From contig JBBRPG010000001.1 in assembly GCA_038228485.1 (NCBI GenBank), positions 588-64,587 on the forward strand: a stretch of DNA of 64,000 nt. Direction: 5' to 3'. The first letter of the stretch is position 1. Each line of letters starts with the position of its first letter. The notes below the pieces were generated by a model that was given only the letters and a program-made list of their open reading frames with translations, was not told where the DNA came from and searched no databases. Made by a program: the position numbers and the translations under genes. Origin of the DNA: Alphaproteobacteria bacterium. Lineage in GTDB: Bacteria > Pseudomonadota > Alphaproteobacteria > ATCC43930 > CGMCC-115725. This document shows positions 27,337 through 36,212 of this stretch, in pieces.

Positions 27337-27779
27337 CCGCCGCCCTTCAGCGCGGCGATCTCGCGGCGCAGTGCGCGCATCTCCTCGAAGCGGGCGGTGG
27401 CGTCGCGCAGAAAGGCGGCGATGCCGACGAGGCTTCCGGCGTCGTCGCGCACCGGCAGGATGGTGAACTCGATCGAGATCTGCCGCCCGTCCTTGTGCGC
27501 GGCCGGCACCGCCAGCACCGCGCCCTCGCCGTAGCGGCTTCGGTCCCGGCCATGACCTGATCGTAGCCCTGCCAATGCCGCCCGCGCAGCCGCTCGGGAA
27601 TGATGAGGTCGAGCCGGGCGCCCAGCGCTTCCTCGGCGGTAAAGCCGAAAGTCCACGTCGCCGCCGCGTTCCAATAGCGGATGTGCCCGGCGGCGTCGGC
27701 ATAGATCACCGCGTCCGGGCCCTCGGCAACGAGCCGGTCGGTGAAGTTCGCAGGCAACAGATCGATCATGGGCCGGCTC
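27333..27779 (-). pseudogene. Stand-alone PAS-domain protein, interrupted by a 1-nt frameshift near 27540
   Basis: The N-terminal part MIDLLPANFTDRLVAEGPDAVIYADAAGHIRYWNAAATWTFGF...RHWQGYDQVMAGTE lies in one frame (start 27779). The continuation SRYGEGAVLAVPAAHKDGRQISIEFTILPVRDDAGSLVGIAAFLRD lies in the frame of track ORF 27333..27674. Confidence 0.7.
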
Positions 27780-28320
27780 CCAACAGGTCGAGCAATCCGA
27801 ACAGCACTCCGCCTGCCGCCAGCAACGGCACGGGGTGCATCCTCGGCCAGTAGAGCAGCGCCGCGGTCGCGGCGCCGGCGGCGATCCACACCGCCGGTCC
27901 GGCCGGCGAGGCGCGCAGCACCGCGATCCCGCCCGACAGGAACAGCCCGGCGGCGACCGGCGCCATGCCGCGCTCGACCGCCTGATGCCAAGGCGAACCC
28001 CGCCAGCGCCCCCAGAGTTTCGCGACGACGAACAGCAGCAGTGCGGCCGGCGCGTAGAACGACACCGTCGCGACCAAGGCGCCGGCCAACCCCGCCAGCT
28101 TCCAGCCGATCAGCGCCGCCAGCATCGAGCCCGGTCCCGGCGCGGCGCGCGACAGGGCGAAGAGGTCGGCGAACTCGCGCTGGCTGGTCCAGTGCTGCAC
28201 CGACACCGATTGCTGGGCGATATCGGCGATCACCGAATTGCTGCCGCCGAACGACATCAGCGACAGCGGGGCAAAGACCAGGAACAGGGTAGCGAGAGTG
28301 CCACCGACTGCGTCGCGCAT
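27766..28320 (-). CDS. chrA: Chromate transporter (ChrA) family protein, short single-domain form
   Basis: Start at MRDAVGG (ATG at 28320). LSLMSFGGSNSVIADI... and the hydrophobic profile are typical of the CHR family. Paired with the upstream half-size chrA. Confidence 0.75.
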   Translation of the reverse strand: MRDAVGGTLATLFLVFAPLSLMSFGGSNSVIADIAQQSVSVQHWTSQREFADLFALSRAAPGPGSMLAALIGWKLAGLAGALVATVSFYAPAALLLFVVAKLWGRWRGSPWHQAVERGMAPVAAGLFLSGGIAVLRASPAGPAVWIAAGAATAALLYWPRMHPVPLLAAGGVLFGLLDLLGAGP

Positions 28321-28322
28321 CG

Positions 28323-28901
28323 CTAGGCGCGTCCCCGCGCCCAGGCAATGCCGATGCTGACCGGCGCCAACCCGAGCATCACCGGCAACATCGGCCAGCG
28401 CAGGATGCCGACGCACAGCACCACCCCCATCGCGATGCCGATCGAGACGGCGTCCGCGGCGCCCTTCGCCACGCTGCGGATGCCGGTCGAGAAGGTGAGG
28501 CCGACCACCGCCGCCGCGACCCCGTCGAGCACGGCATGCAGCGTCTTGTGGTCGCCGAGCCGGCCGTAGACCGCGCCGACGACGAGAATGATGACGAACG
28601 GCCCGAGCAGGAAGGCGAACGGCGCGGCGAAGGCGCCGATGCCGCCGCGCAGCCGCCGGCCGACGAGTACCGACAACTTGACGCCATTAGCGCCGGGAAG
28701 GCTCTGTCCCAGCGCCATCTCGGTAAGAAATTCCTGGTCGTCGAGCCAGCGCCGGCGCTGGACGATGTCGCGATAGATCCACCCCGCCGAACTGCCGCCA
28801 AAGCTACTGCAGCCGAGCTGCAGGAAGGCGAGAAAGAGGGCGGAGAGGCCGACACCCGCTACGGTCGGGATGTCAGCTGCGCTGTCCGTCGGTTCGCCCA
28901 C
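28323..28901 (-). CDS. chrA: Chromate transporter (ChrA) family protein, short single-domain form
   Basis: LQLGCSSFGGSSAGWIYRDIVQRRRWLDDQEFLTEMALGQSLPGANGVK is the CHR-family signature region. Confidence 0.75.
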   Translation of the reverse strand: MGEPTDSAADIPTVAGVGLSALFLAFLQLGCSSFGGSSAGWIYRDIVQRRRWLDDQEFLTEMALGQSLPGANGVKLSVLVGRRLRGGIGAFAAPFAFLLGPFVIILVVGAVYGRLGDHKTLHAVLDGVAAAVVGLTFSTGIRSVAKGAADAVSIGIAMGVVLCVGILRWPMLPVMLGLAPVSIGIAWARGRA

Positions 28902-29098
28902 TCGCCTCTCCTGCTATCCGCCAATCCAGAATAGACGGCTTTGGCCGAACTTCCTCCGGCCATCCACGAATTGGTTGTCCTTTACTCGTGGATGCCCGGG
29001 CACAAGCATTCGCAGTCGATTATCGGCGTGGTTCAGCGACCGCCAATCCACTACCCCGCGATGATCCGATCTTGTAGCCTCGCCAAAAAGGGGAGGCT

Positions 29099-31273
29099 AT
29101 GGCGGACATCTCGGTCGCGGGCGAGGAGCTTGAAGCCGCGATTCCGCGCCACCGCGGTCCGTTTGCCGGCTTTTCCGCCGCGCTCGCCGCCGAGGGCGAG
29201 CGCCGTATCCTGTGGGCGCCGGTGTGGTTCGGCGCCGGCATCGCGCTTTATTTCACGCTGCTGATCGAGCCGCCGCTGTGGCTCGCGCTCACGGCACTGG
29301 CCGCCACCACGGTGTGTGCGGCCCTGGTCTGGCGCTGGCGGCCCTGGCGCAGCGCCGTCTTGTGCGTGACGTTGGCCGCCGCCGGGTTTGCGCTAATCAC
29401 CGAGACCACGCGCGAGCGCACCGCGCCGATGCTCGAACACCGCCTAGCCGCCACAACCATCACCGGCCGGGTCATCGACATCGATACGCTCGACCGCGGG
29501 TGGAGGATCGTCATGGCCCCCGATGCGATGTCCGGTCTCGACCCCGGTCAGCAGCCGCGCCGGCTGCGCATCCATGTCTCGGCGCAGAGCGACCTGCTGA
29601 GCCCCGGCGACCGGGTACAGCTCAAGGCCAGCCTCTACCCGGTGCCGGCGCAATCGATCCCCGGCGGACATGACATGCAGCGCGAGCTGTTCTTCGCCGA
29701 GATCGGCGGGGTCGGCTACAGCCTCGGCGGTGCGCACCGGCTGGCGCCGTCCGAGGATGCCGGCGCGCCTGGCGGGTGGCGGCAATGGGTCCTGCAAATC
29801 CGCACCGAGGTGACGCGGCGCATCACCGCGGTGCTGCCCGGATCGACCGGCGGGGTCGCCACCGCCGTCATCGCCGGCAAGCGCGGCACGATGGACGAGA
29901 CCATCAAGGAGGCGTTTCGCAACTCCGGCCTGTCGCATCTGCTGGCGATCGCCGGGCTGCATCTGGGCCTGGTCGGCGCGTTCGTGTTCTTCACGGTGCG
30001 CGGCGGGCTGGCGCTGATCCCCTACGTCGCGCTGCGCCTGCCGATCAAGAAGATCGCCGCCGGCGCGACCCTGATCGTGCTGTTCTGCTATCTGCTGCTG
30101 TCCGGCGCGGCGATCCCGACCGAGCGCGCCTTTGTGATGAACGGCATCGTCTTTGCCGCGATCCTGATCGACCGGCTGCGCATCTCGATGCGCATCTGCG
30201 CGATTGCCGCGGCGGTGGTGCTGGTGCTCGAACCGGCGAGCCTCGCCGGGGTCAGCTTTCAGATGTCGTTCGGCGCGGTGGTGGCGCTGATCGCGGTCTA
30301 CGAAACCTGGGGCGGCAACCTCGCGCGGCTGCTGCACCGCGGCGGGTTCGGCCGCAAGGTGCTGGCCTATTGCGCCGGGAGCGCGGTGACGACGGTGGTT
30401 GCGACCATCGGCACCGAGCCGTTTTCGATCTACCATTTCCACAAGCTGACCCTGTATTCGCCGCTCGCCAACGTCATCGCGGTGCCGATATCGGCGCTGT
30501 GGACATTACCGTGCGGGGTCATCGCCTGCCTGTTGATGCCGTTCGGGCTGGAGCGACTGGCGCTGGTGCCGATGGGCTGGGGCATCGACGCGACGATCTG
30601 GGTGGCAGAGCGCGTCGCGGCGCTGCCCGGCAATATCTGGACGATGCCGCGACTGCCGGTGTGGGGGCTGGCGCTGGTCGCGTTCGGCGGGCTGTGGCTG
30701 GCGCTGTGGCAAGGCAAGTGGCGGCGCTGGGGTGCGCCGGCAATGGCGATCGGGTTGGCGTCGATGGCGCTGACCCGACCGCCCGACATCGTCATCAGCG
30801 ATCTCGGGCGGTTTGTCGCCGTCCGCGCCCCCGACGGCGACTATTACGCCGGCGGCGGCAATGGCGAGCGCATCGTCCGTAGCCTGTTCGCCAGCGAGAT
30901 GCACGCCGAGCTGCTGCCGTGGCCGGCGGCAAATACCAATGCGGGCGAAACGCTGACCTGCGGCGACGATGCCTGCACCTACACCGCGCGTAACAAGCGG
31001 GTGGCGGTCGTCAGCGACGAGAAAGGCTTGCCCAGGGGGTGCGACGGGGTTGACGCGATCGTCAGCCAAGTGCCGGCCGGGTTCGCGTGCCGGCAGCGTC
31101 TCACGGTGGTCGACCGCATCGACACCTGGCGGCGCGGCGCGGTGGCGCTGTGGCTCGACCCCGGCGGCATCACGGTGATGGGCGCCAATGACAGCCGCGG
31201 TGATCGGCCATGGGTCCCGCATCCAGTCTCCCGCGCGGAGCGCGAGCGGACCAAAGCGGCGGAACCCGAATAG
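29099..31273 (+). CDS. comEC: ComEC/Rec2-family DNA internalisation channel protein
   Basis: 724-aa polytopic protein. SGLSHLLAIAGLHLGLV is the competence-domain motif. A soluble C-terminal domain follows. Confidence 0.8.
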   Translation: MADISVAGEELEAAIPRHRGPFAGFSAALAAEGERRILWAPVWFGAGIALYFTLLIEPPLWLALTALAATTVCAALVWRWRPWRSAVLCVTLAAAGFALITETTRERTAPMLEHRLAATTITGRVIDIDTLDRGWRIVMAPDAMSGLDPGQQPRRLRIHVSAQSDLLSPGDRVQLKASLYPVPAQSIPGGHDMQRELFFAEIGGVGYSLGGAHRLAPSEDAGAPGGWRQWVLQIRTEVTRRITAVLPGSTGGVATAVIAGKRGTMDETIKEAFRNSGLSHLLAIAGLHLGLVGAFVFFTVRGGLALIPYVALRLPIKKIAAGATLIVLFCYLLLSGAAIPTERAFVMNGIVFAAILIDRLRISMRICAIAAAVVLVLEPASLAGVSFQMSFGAVVALIAVYETWGGNLARLLHRGGFGRKVLAYCAGSAVTTVVATIGTEPFSIYHFHKLTLYSPLANVIAVPISALWTLPCGVIACLLMPFGLERLALVPMGWGIDATIWVAERVAALPGNIWTMPRLPVWGLALVAFGGLWLALWQGKWRRWGAPAMAIGLASMALTRPPDIVISDLGRFVAVRAPDGDYYAGGGNGERIVRSLFASEMHAELLPWPAANTNAGETLTCGDDACTYTARNKRVAVVSDEKGLPRGCDGVDAIVSQVPAGFACRQRLTVVDRIDTWRRGAVALWLDPGGITVMGANDSRGDRPWVPHPVSRAERERTKAAEPE

Positions 31274-32312
31274 CTATTTCCACGCAGTCTTGGGCGCCTT
31301 GCCGAGGTTGACCGGCCCCAGGAACATGTCGCCGTCCTTGACCGTGAAAAAGGTCGAGATCGCCGGCCCGATCATCGCCAGCCCCAATTTGATCGGGGTC
31401 ACATCGCTTTCCGGCACCAATCCCGCCAGCGACAGGGCCGTCAACAACTGGTCGTAACCGGCGACCTCTATCGCGACCGAGCCGTTCGGCTGGAGGTTCG
31501 GATCGAGCGCGAGGGCGCCGTTGCCGGTGATGTCGACCTTGTCCCAGGCGATTTCGCTGTGCTCGAGCTTGAGCGTGCCGCCGGCCTGACGCCAGCCCGC
31601 TATCGCATCGGCGAGCGGCCCGCCGGGCACCGGGCCCATCACAGCCAAACCCAGCGAAAGATCGTCGAGCGTGTTGCTGAACGGCGGCGGCGGCGCTGGG
31701 ACCGTGACGCCGCGCAGCTCGGCGGCGAAGCTGAGATACGGGTCGGTCGGCGCTTTCGGCGGCTGCGTCGGCAGGATCACCCAGGTGATTGCCTGGTCGA
31801 ACGCGATGGGGCCGAGCGCGCCGATGGGGGGGGGTGTCGGTCTTCGACTTGCCCAAGGTCAGCCAGATCGTCGAGCCCCCATCGGGCCGCACCGAAACCG
31901 CGCCGGTTGCGCTCTGCGCGCTGAGCTTGGGCGGCGCGTCGCCACCACCGGCGACCGCTGCGTCGAGCCCGTTCGGCAGGGCGAACCGCCAATTCGCGAA
32001 ATCCCCGGGCAGCGCGCTGGCGACCAGGCGCGGCGCAGTCGCGTCGATCCCCGCCGGCGCCACATTGATGTGCAGCCCGGTCAGCTCGATGCGGAAGCGG
32101 AACGGATACCCGCCGGTGTCGAGCGCCTGCCAGGTGATGTCGGTGTTGTCGGCCTTCGCCGAGGCGGCAAAAGCGGCGAGCTCGGTCTTGATCTGCTTCG
32201 CCGCATAGAGCCAGAAGCCGGTGTACGCCGCCGCCACGACAAGGAGGATCGCAACGGCGACCGCCGCGCTATGCCGTACCCAGGGATGGTTCCACCGCCC
32301 CAGCATCGTCAC
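31274..32312 (-). pseudogene. DUF2125-like membrane-anchored protein, frameshifted at a G9 (C9 on the coding strand) homopolymer
   Basis: The N-terminal frame (MTMLGRWNHPW...LTLGKSKTDTPP) and C-terminal frame (...ILPTQPPKAPTDPYLSF...GKAPKTAWK) join perfectly if the run at 31826-31834 is 8 nt rather than 9 nt. Confidence 0.7.
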
Positions 32313-32328
32313 GCGGCGCAGGACGCCG

Positions 32329-33255
32329 CTACCCCGCCTGATGCAGCTTCAACCCCGCGCTCGGCCACTCGACCGCGACCAGCTTTCCGGTCCACGACAG
32401 GGTGATGAACGCGGTCTTCATCTCGGGCCCGCCAAAGCAGATGTTGGTGGTCATCGGGTCGGGCATCGGCGTGTGCTCGACATGGCGGCCGTCGGGCGAG
32501 ATCACGGTAATGCCGCCATTGATCAGGGTCGCGACCGCGATGCGGCCGTCCGCCTGCACCGCCAGCGAGTCGAAGCGCTGATAGCCGCCCATCCCGGCGA
32601 CGATGCGGCCGCCATGCGGCGACGGCCACGTGTCTTTTTTGACGACTCCCGGCTCGACGATGTCAAAGGCCCACAGCCGGGCCGCCTCGGTCTCGGCAAC
32701 GTAGAGCGTCTTGCCGTCGGGCGACAGGCCGATGCCGTTCGGCGTAATCAGCGGGTGGGCGACCTCGACGATGCCGGAGCCGTCGCGCTTGGCGTAATAA
32801 ACGCCGCCGACATCCATGTCTCGCGCGCGCCGCTTACCGAGATCGGTGAAATAGATGCCGCCGTGCGCGTCGCAAACCAAATCGTTTGGCCCGCGCAACT
32901 GGTGTCCGCCGCACTCGCGGTAGAGCACGTCAACCGCGCCGGTGGCGAGGTCCACCCGCTCGAGACGTCCGCCGCTGTAATCTCTGGCCTGGACAAGCGG
33001 CCGGCGGCGACCCTGGTCGTCGACCGCCCATTCGAAGCCGCCATTGTTGACGACATAGGCTTTCCCGTCAGCCCCTATCGCCGCGCCGTTGGGGCCTCCA
33101 CCAGGTCGGGCGACGACCGTCTTGGTTCCGTCCGCCGCGACCCGGGTCAGCGAACCGGCGGCGATCTCGACCAGGATCACCGAGCCGTCGGCGCAGGCGA
33201 CCGGGCCTTCGGGGAATTGCAGCCCCTCGGTGACCGTGCGAATGTCCATCGCCAT
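32329..33255 (-). CDS. SMP-30/gluconolactonase/LRE-like beta-propeller protein
   Basis: 308 aa. LQFPEGPVACADGSVILVEI, GGPNGAAIGADG and PNGIGLSPDGKTLYVAET are typical of the family. Confidence 0.8.
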   Translation of the reverse strand: MAMDIRTVTEGLQFPEGPVACADGSVILVEIAAGSLTRVAADGTKTVVARPGGGPNGAAIGADGKAYVVNNGGFEWAVDDQGRRRPLVQARDYSGGRLERVDLATGAVDVLYRECGGHQLRGPNDLVCDAHGGIYFTDLGKRRARDMDVGGVYYAKRDGSGIVEVAHPLITPNGIGLSPDGKTLYVAETEAARLWAFDIVEPGVVKKDTWPSPHGGRIVAGMGGYQRFDSLAVQADGRIAVATLINGGITVISPDGRHVEHTPMPDPMTTNICFGGPEMKTAFITLSWTGKLVAVEWPSAGLKLHQAG

Positions 33256-33268
33256 CGCGGCCGCCGGA

Positions 33269-34195
33269 TCAGGCGGCGTCTGCCGGCTTCATGTGTCTCC
33301 AGTACCAGGCATAGAAATCGCGGTCGAGGTTGCCGCCCGGCTGTCCGGCGATCTTGTCGCCCTCGACGCGCAGCGCCTCTTCGATACGCGCTTCGTCGCC
33401 GCCTTCGGTCGAGTTGTGGCCCGGCTGGGCGATGCGCACGAGCTCGAAGTCGCTGTGCCCGGCATAGCGCGGGATCAGGCGGATCAGCGCGGCGTCGCCG
33501 TTCTTGGTCAACAGCTTGCTCAACGGCCCGAACTCGGCCGCCGTGTCGTGGCCGCCGCCTGCGAAAATCAGATCGTCCGAGCTCCACAGCAGCTGGCGCA
33601 GGTGCTTCCAGTTCCAGGTCGTCTGGAAGCGCTTGCGGGACACCACCTTGCCCCGGCCGAGATCAGGCACATCGTTGGCGCCGATCGGCTTGGGCTCGGG
33701 CGCGTTGGGCGCCGCCAGCGACGGATCGATAAAAATCAGCCCGTTCCAGATCTGCATCGCGTAGCGCGGCAGGCGAAACCGCGATCGGTCGGTCTCCTCC
33801 GGCCGCAGCTTGGGTTCGGTCAGGGTGCCGTCGATGGCATAGTCCCAGCCGTGGTAGCGGCAGAACAGATGGTTGCCGCGGCCTTCCTCCTCCTCGCAGA
33901 TGCGGTAGCCGGCATGGAGGCAGGCATTGCGCATCGCGTAGATCTTGTCCTCGGCCTCGCGGGCGATGACGACCGAGCGGCCGCCGATATCGACGCGGAA
34001 ATAATCGCCGTCGGCCGATAGCCGGCTGGCGTGATCGGCGGCCAGCCACGGCTTGACGAATAGGTTGGTCAGCTCGGCGGCGAAGACCTCGTAGGTCTCG
34101 AACAGATCGGGGTCCGGGGTGATCGCCCCGCCCGCATCGAGTTGCGCGCCGATCTCGGTAATTTGGTCGGGAAGTTCCATCGCCCTGTCCAGCAT
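33269..34195 (-). CDS. Rieske [2Fe-2S] domain oxygenase-like protein
   Basis: Rieske ligand motifs CLHAGY...CRYHGW (CxH-N17-CxxH). Confidence 0.75.
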   Translation of the reverse strand: MLDRAMELPDQITEIGAQLDAGGAITPDPDLFETYEVFAAELTNLFVKPWLAADHASRLSADGDYFRVDIGGRSVVIAREAEDKIYAMRNACLHAGYRICEEEEGRGNHLFCRYHGWDYAIDGTLTEPKLRPEETDRSRFRLPRYAMQIWNGLIFIDPSLAAPNAPEPKPIGANDVPDLGRGKVVSRKRFQTTWNWKHLRQLLWSSDDLIFAGGGHDTAAEFGPLSKLLTKNGDAALIRLIPRYAGHSDFELVRIAQPGHNSTEGGDEARIEEALRVEGDKIAGQPGGNLDRDFYAWYWRHMKPADAA

Positions 34196-34293
34196 CCGTC
34201 CGGTTTTACGACGATACCGCTATAGCGGCGATTGCGCGCGGTGCCTACGGCAAAGATCGCCGAACTGCCCTGCTTTGAGCGCTGGCGGCCCGC

Positions 34294-35979
34294 CTAATGG
34301 TGCTCCGGATCGGGCTCGCCAGGCTTGTGTTCGGGTTTGTCGCCCGGTTTTTTCTCCGGCGGCTTGCCCGGCGGATGAGCCGCAGCAGGCGGCGGCCCAG
34401 GTGGATGCGCCTGGGCAGGGGGCGGGGCCGCGGCGGCGGGATGCGGTGGCGGAGCTGGCGGGGCCGCAGCGGCGGGATGCGGCGGCGGGGCCGGTGGATG
34501 CACCTCGGCGGGATGTGGTGGCGCAGCTTGCGGGGCCGCTGCGGCGGGATGCGGTGGCGGGGCCGGCGGATGCACCTCGGCGGGATGCACTTCTGCTGGA
34601 TGCGGCGGCGCGCCCTGCGGATGAGCCTCAGCCGGGTGCGGCCCCGGCCCAGGCGGGTGAACCTCGGCCGGATGCGCTTCTACCGGACGCGGCGGCGCTC
34701 CCTGCGGATGTGCTTCTGGCGGATGCGGCGGTCCGCCCTGCGGATGCGCCTCAGCTGGATGCGGCGGTCCGCCCTGCGGATGCGCCTCAGCTGGATGCGG
34801 CGGTCCGCCCTGCGGATGCTCGCCTCCGCCGGGATGGTTGAGTTCGGCGGGGCGGCCGGCTTCGGCCGGGTGCCGCTGCTCGGACGGCGAGCCCGGAGAC
34901 TGCATAGCCGCGGCAGGATGCGGCGGCTCGCCGGGACGCGCCGCCGGAGCAGCCTCGGTCGCGGCGGGGCTGGGATGTGACGCCGGGGCCGCGGGACCCG
35001 GCGTATGGTCTGGCCCCCCGCCAGGACCGGGATGCGCCACGACGGTCGAGGCTACCGTGCCGCTCGGTTGCGGCCCGGCAACCGCGGCCGGATGCGGCCG
35101 CTGCGCCTCGGGCACCGCAGCGACCGGCGCTGTGCGGCGCCAGGTATCGTTCTGGATGACGATGTGGTTGTTGGTGTTGTTGGTTGTGTTGGTGATCTGG
35201 GTGAAGCGGCCGCGGTCGACCACGACCTCGTGGCGGCGCCAATCGGGATGGCCCCATCCCCATAACGGACGGACAACGCCGAACCCGACGCTAAAGCCGA
35301 TGCCGGCGCCAATTGCGTCGGCAGCGAAATTCGGCGGCGGCGGGATATACACCGGCGGATAGTCCTGATCGGGCCAATCGCCGTAAGCCTCCGCCGGGTT
35401 GTAGACCGGCAGATAGATCATCGACGGGTCGACCGGCTCGATGATGATGTCCGAAGCGCCGCCGGAGACGGCCATCTGCGGCGTCGATTTGAGGCGCCCG
35501 GCTGCGACGGCGCGGTCACGCAGGAACTGGATGCGCGCCATCACCTCGATCTGCTGGTTGGCGAAAGCGGCGCCGAGAGCCTCGGTCCAGTCGAGATGAT
35601 CGTTCATCATCACGACGACCTGCGGAAATGGAACCAGCGATTTGACGCTCGGGTCCCACGGCAAAGGCTCCAACGCGGCGGCGAGAGCGTCGCCCTTGAG
35701 CGCGGCGTTGGCCGAATCCTGCAGCCATTTGCCCGCGTCGACGATTTGCGGTGGAAAAGTCGCCGCCATCAACAGCGCGGTCAGCAGCTGATCCGGATAG
35801 AGCGCGATCGGCGCCAGCATCTGATCGAGCTGCTGCCGGGTAAAGGCAGCCGACGCCGGCTTGAGCGCCGCGGTGGCCTCCGCGCGCGTGGGCGGGACGG
35901 GCTGCTGGGCGATATCCGGCGGGCTCGCCAAGAGATAGGGCAGGGTCGCGGCGTGCAGGCGATACCGAAGGTGCTGCAT
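34294..35979 (-). CDS. DUF3300-domain protein with a long His/Pro-rich repetitive C-terminal tail
   Basis: Start placed at MQHLRY (ATG at 35979). LDQMLAPIALYPDQLLTALLMAATFPPQIVDAGKW is the DUF3300 signature. The tail consists of HPAEAHPQGGPP-type repeats. Confidence 0.75.
   Translation of the reverse strand: MQHLRYRLHAATLPYLLASPPDIAQQPVPPTRAEATAALKPASAAFTRQQLDQMLAPIALYPDQLLTALLMAATFPPQIVDAGKWLQDSANAALKGDALAAALEPLPWDPSVKSLVPFPQVVVMMNDHLDWTEALGAAFANQQIEVMARIQFLRDRAVAAGRLKSTPQMAVSGGASDIIIEPVDPSMIYLPVYNPAEAYGDWPDQDYPPVYIPPPPNFAADAIGAGIGFSVGFGVVRPLWGWGHPDWRRHEVVVDRGRFTQITNTTNNTNNHIVIQNDTWRRTAPVAAVPEAQRPHPAAVAGPQPSGTVASTVVAHPGPGGGPDHTPGPAAPASHPSPAATEAAPAARPGEPPHPAAAMQSPGSPSEQRHPAEAGRPAELNHPGGGEHPQGGPPHPAEAHPQGGPPHPAEAHPQGGPPHPPEAHPQGAPPRPVEAHPAEVHPPGPGPHPAEAHPQGAPPHPAEVHPAEVHPPAPPPHPAAAAPQAAPPHPAEVHPPAPPPHPAAAAPPAPPPHPAAAAPPPAQAHPPGPPPAAAHPPGKPPEKKPGDKPEHKPGEPDPEHH
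34380..34850. repeat. Degenerate 36-nt in-frame tandem repeat array (encodes the HPxEAHPQGxPP units)
   Basis: Copies ggatgcggcggtccgccctgcggatgcgcctcagct at 34721, 34757 and 34793: the first two are identical and the third differs only at its last ~7 nt. Increasingly degenerate copies lie on either side. Confidence 0.8.
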
Positions 35980-36212
35980 GGGGCCTCTGATGGCGACGCC
36001 GTTCGGAAAAGTCGGCGGTGCGATCACAACGGCCCCGGCGCTCCATAATTCCCGGCTCGCGCCCAGCCTCGATCCATCATCACATCGCGGAAAATGCGGG
36101 CTTTCCTGATGCAAGTGGAGCCGGATGAGTAGCCGCATGAGAAAATGGTCAGGGAATCGCCCCGTCATCCGCTTTTGGCTATAATGGGCCGATCAACATC
36201 CGGGAGGTTGTC

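Noticed and set aside
28941-28995. 9-bp inverted repeat CATCCACGA-N17-TCGTGGATG followed by a REP-like fragment (tggatgcccgggcacaagc) between chrA and comEC
   Set aside because: It is probably a decayed REP fragment. There is no partner arm or recognisable function, so it was not listed as a feature.
35980-36168. N-terminal extensions of track ORFs (34294..36168, 20510..21598, 22765..23889, 50210..50899, 52190..53293, 54052..55047)
   Set aside because: The extensions have Arg-rich non-coding-like composition and lack signal or domain features. Internal ATGs with good Shine-Dalgarno sequences give family-typical N-termini, so the shorter models were used.
36178-36186. Perfect TATAAT hexamer upstream of the two-domain VOC gene
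   Set aside because: There is no acceptable -35 element at 16-18 nt, and alphaproteobacterial housekeeping promoters rarely match the E. coli -10 consensus. An isolated hexamer is not reportable as a promoter.
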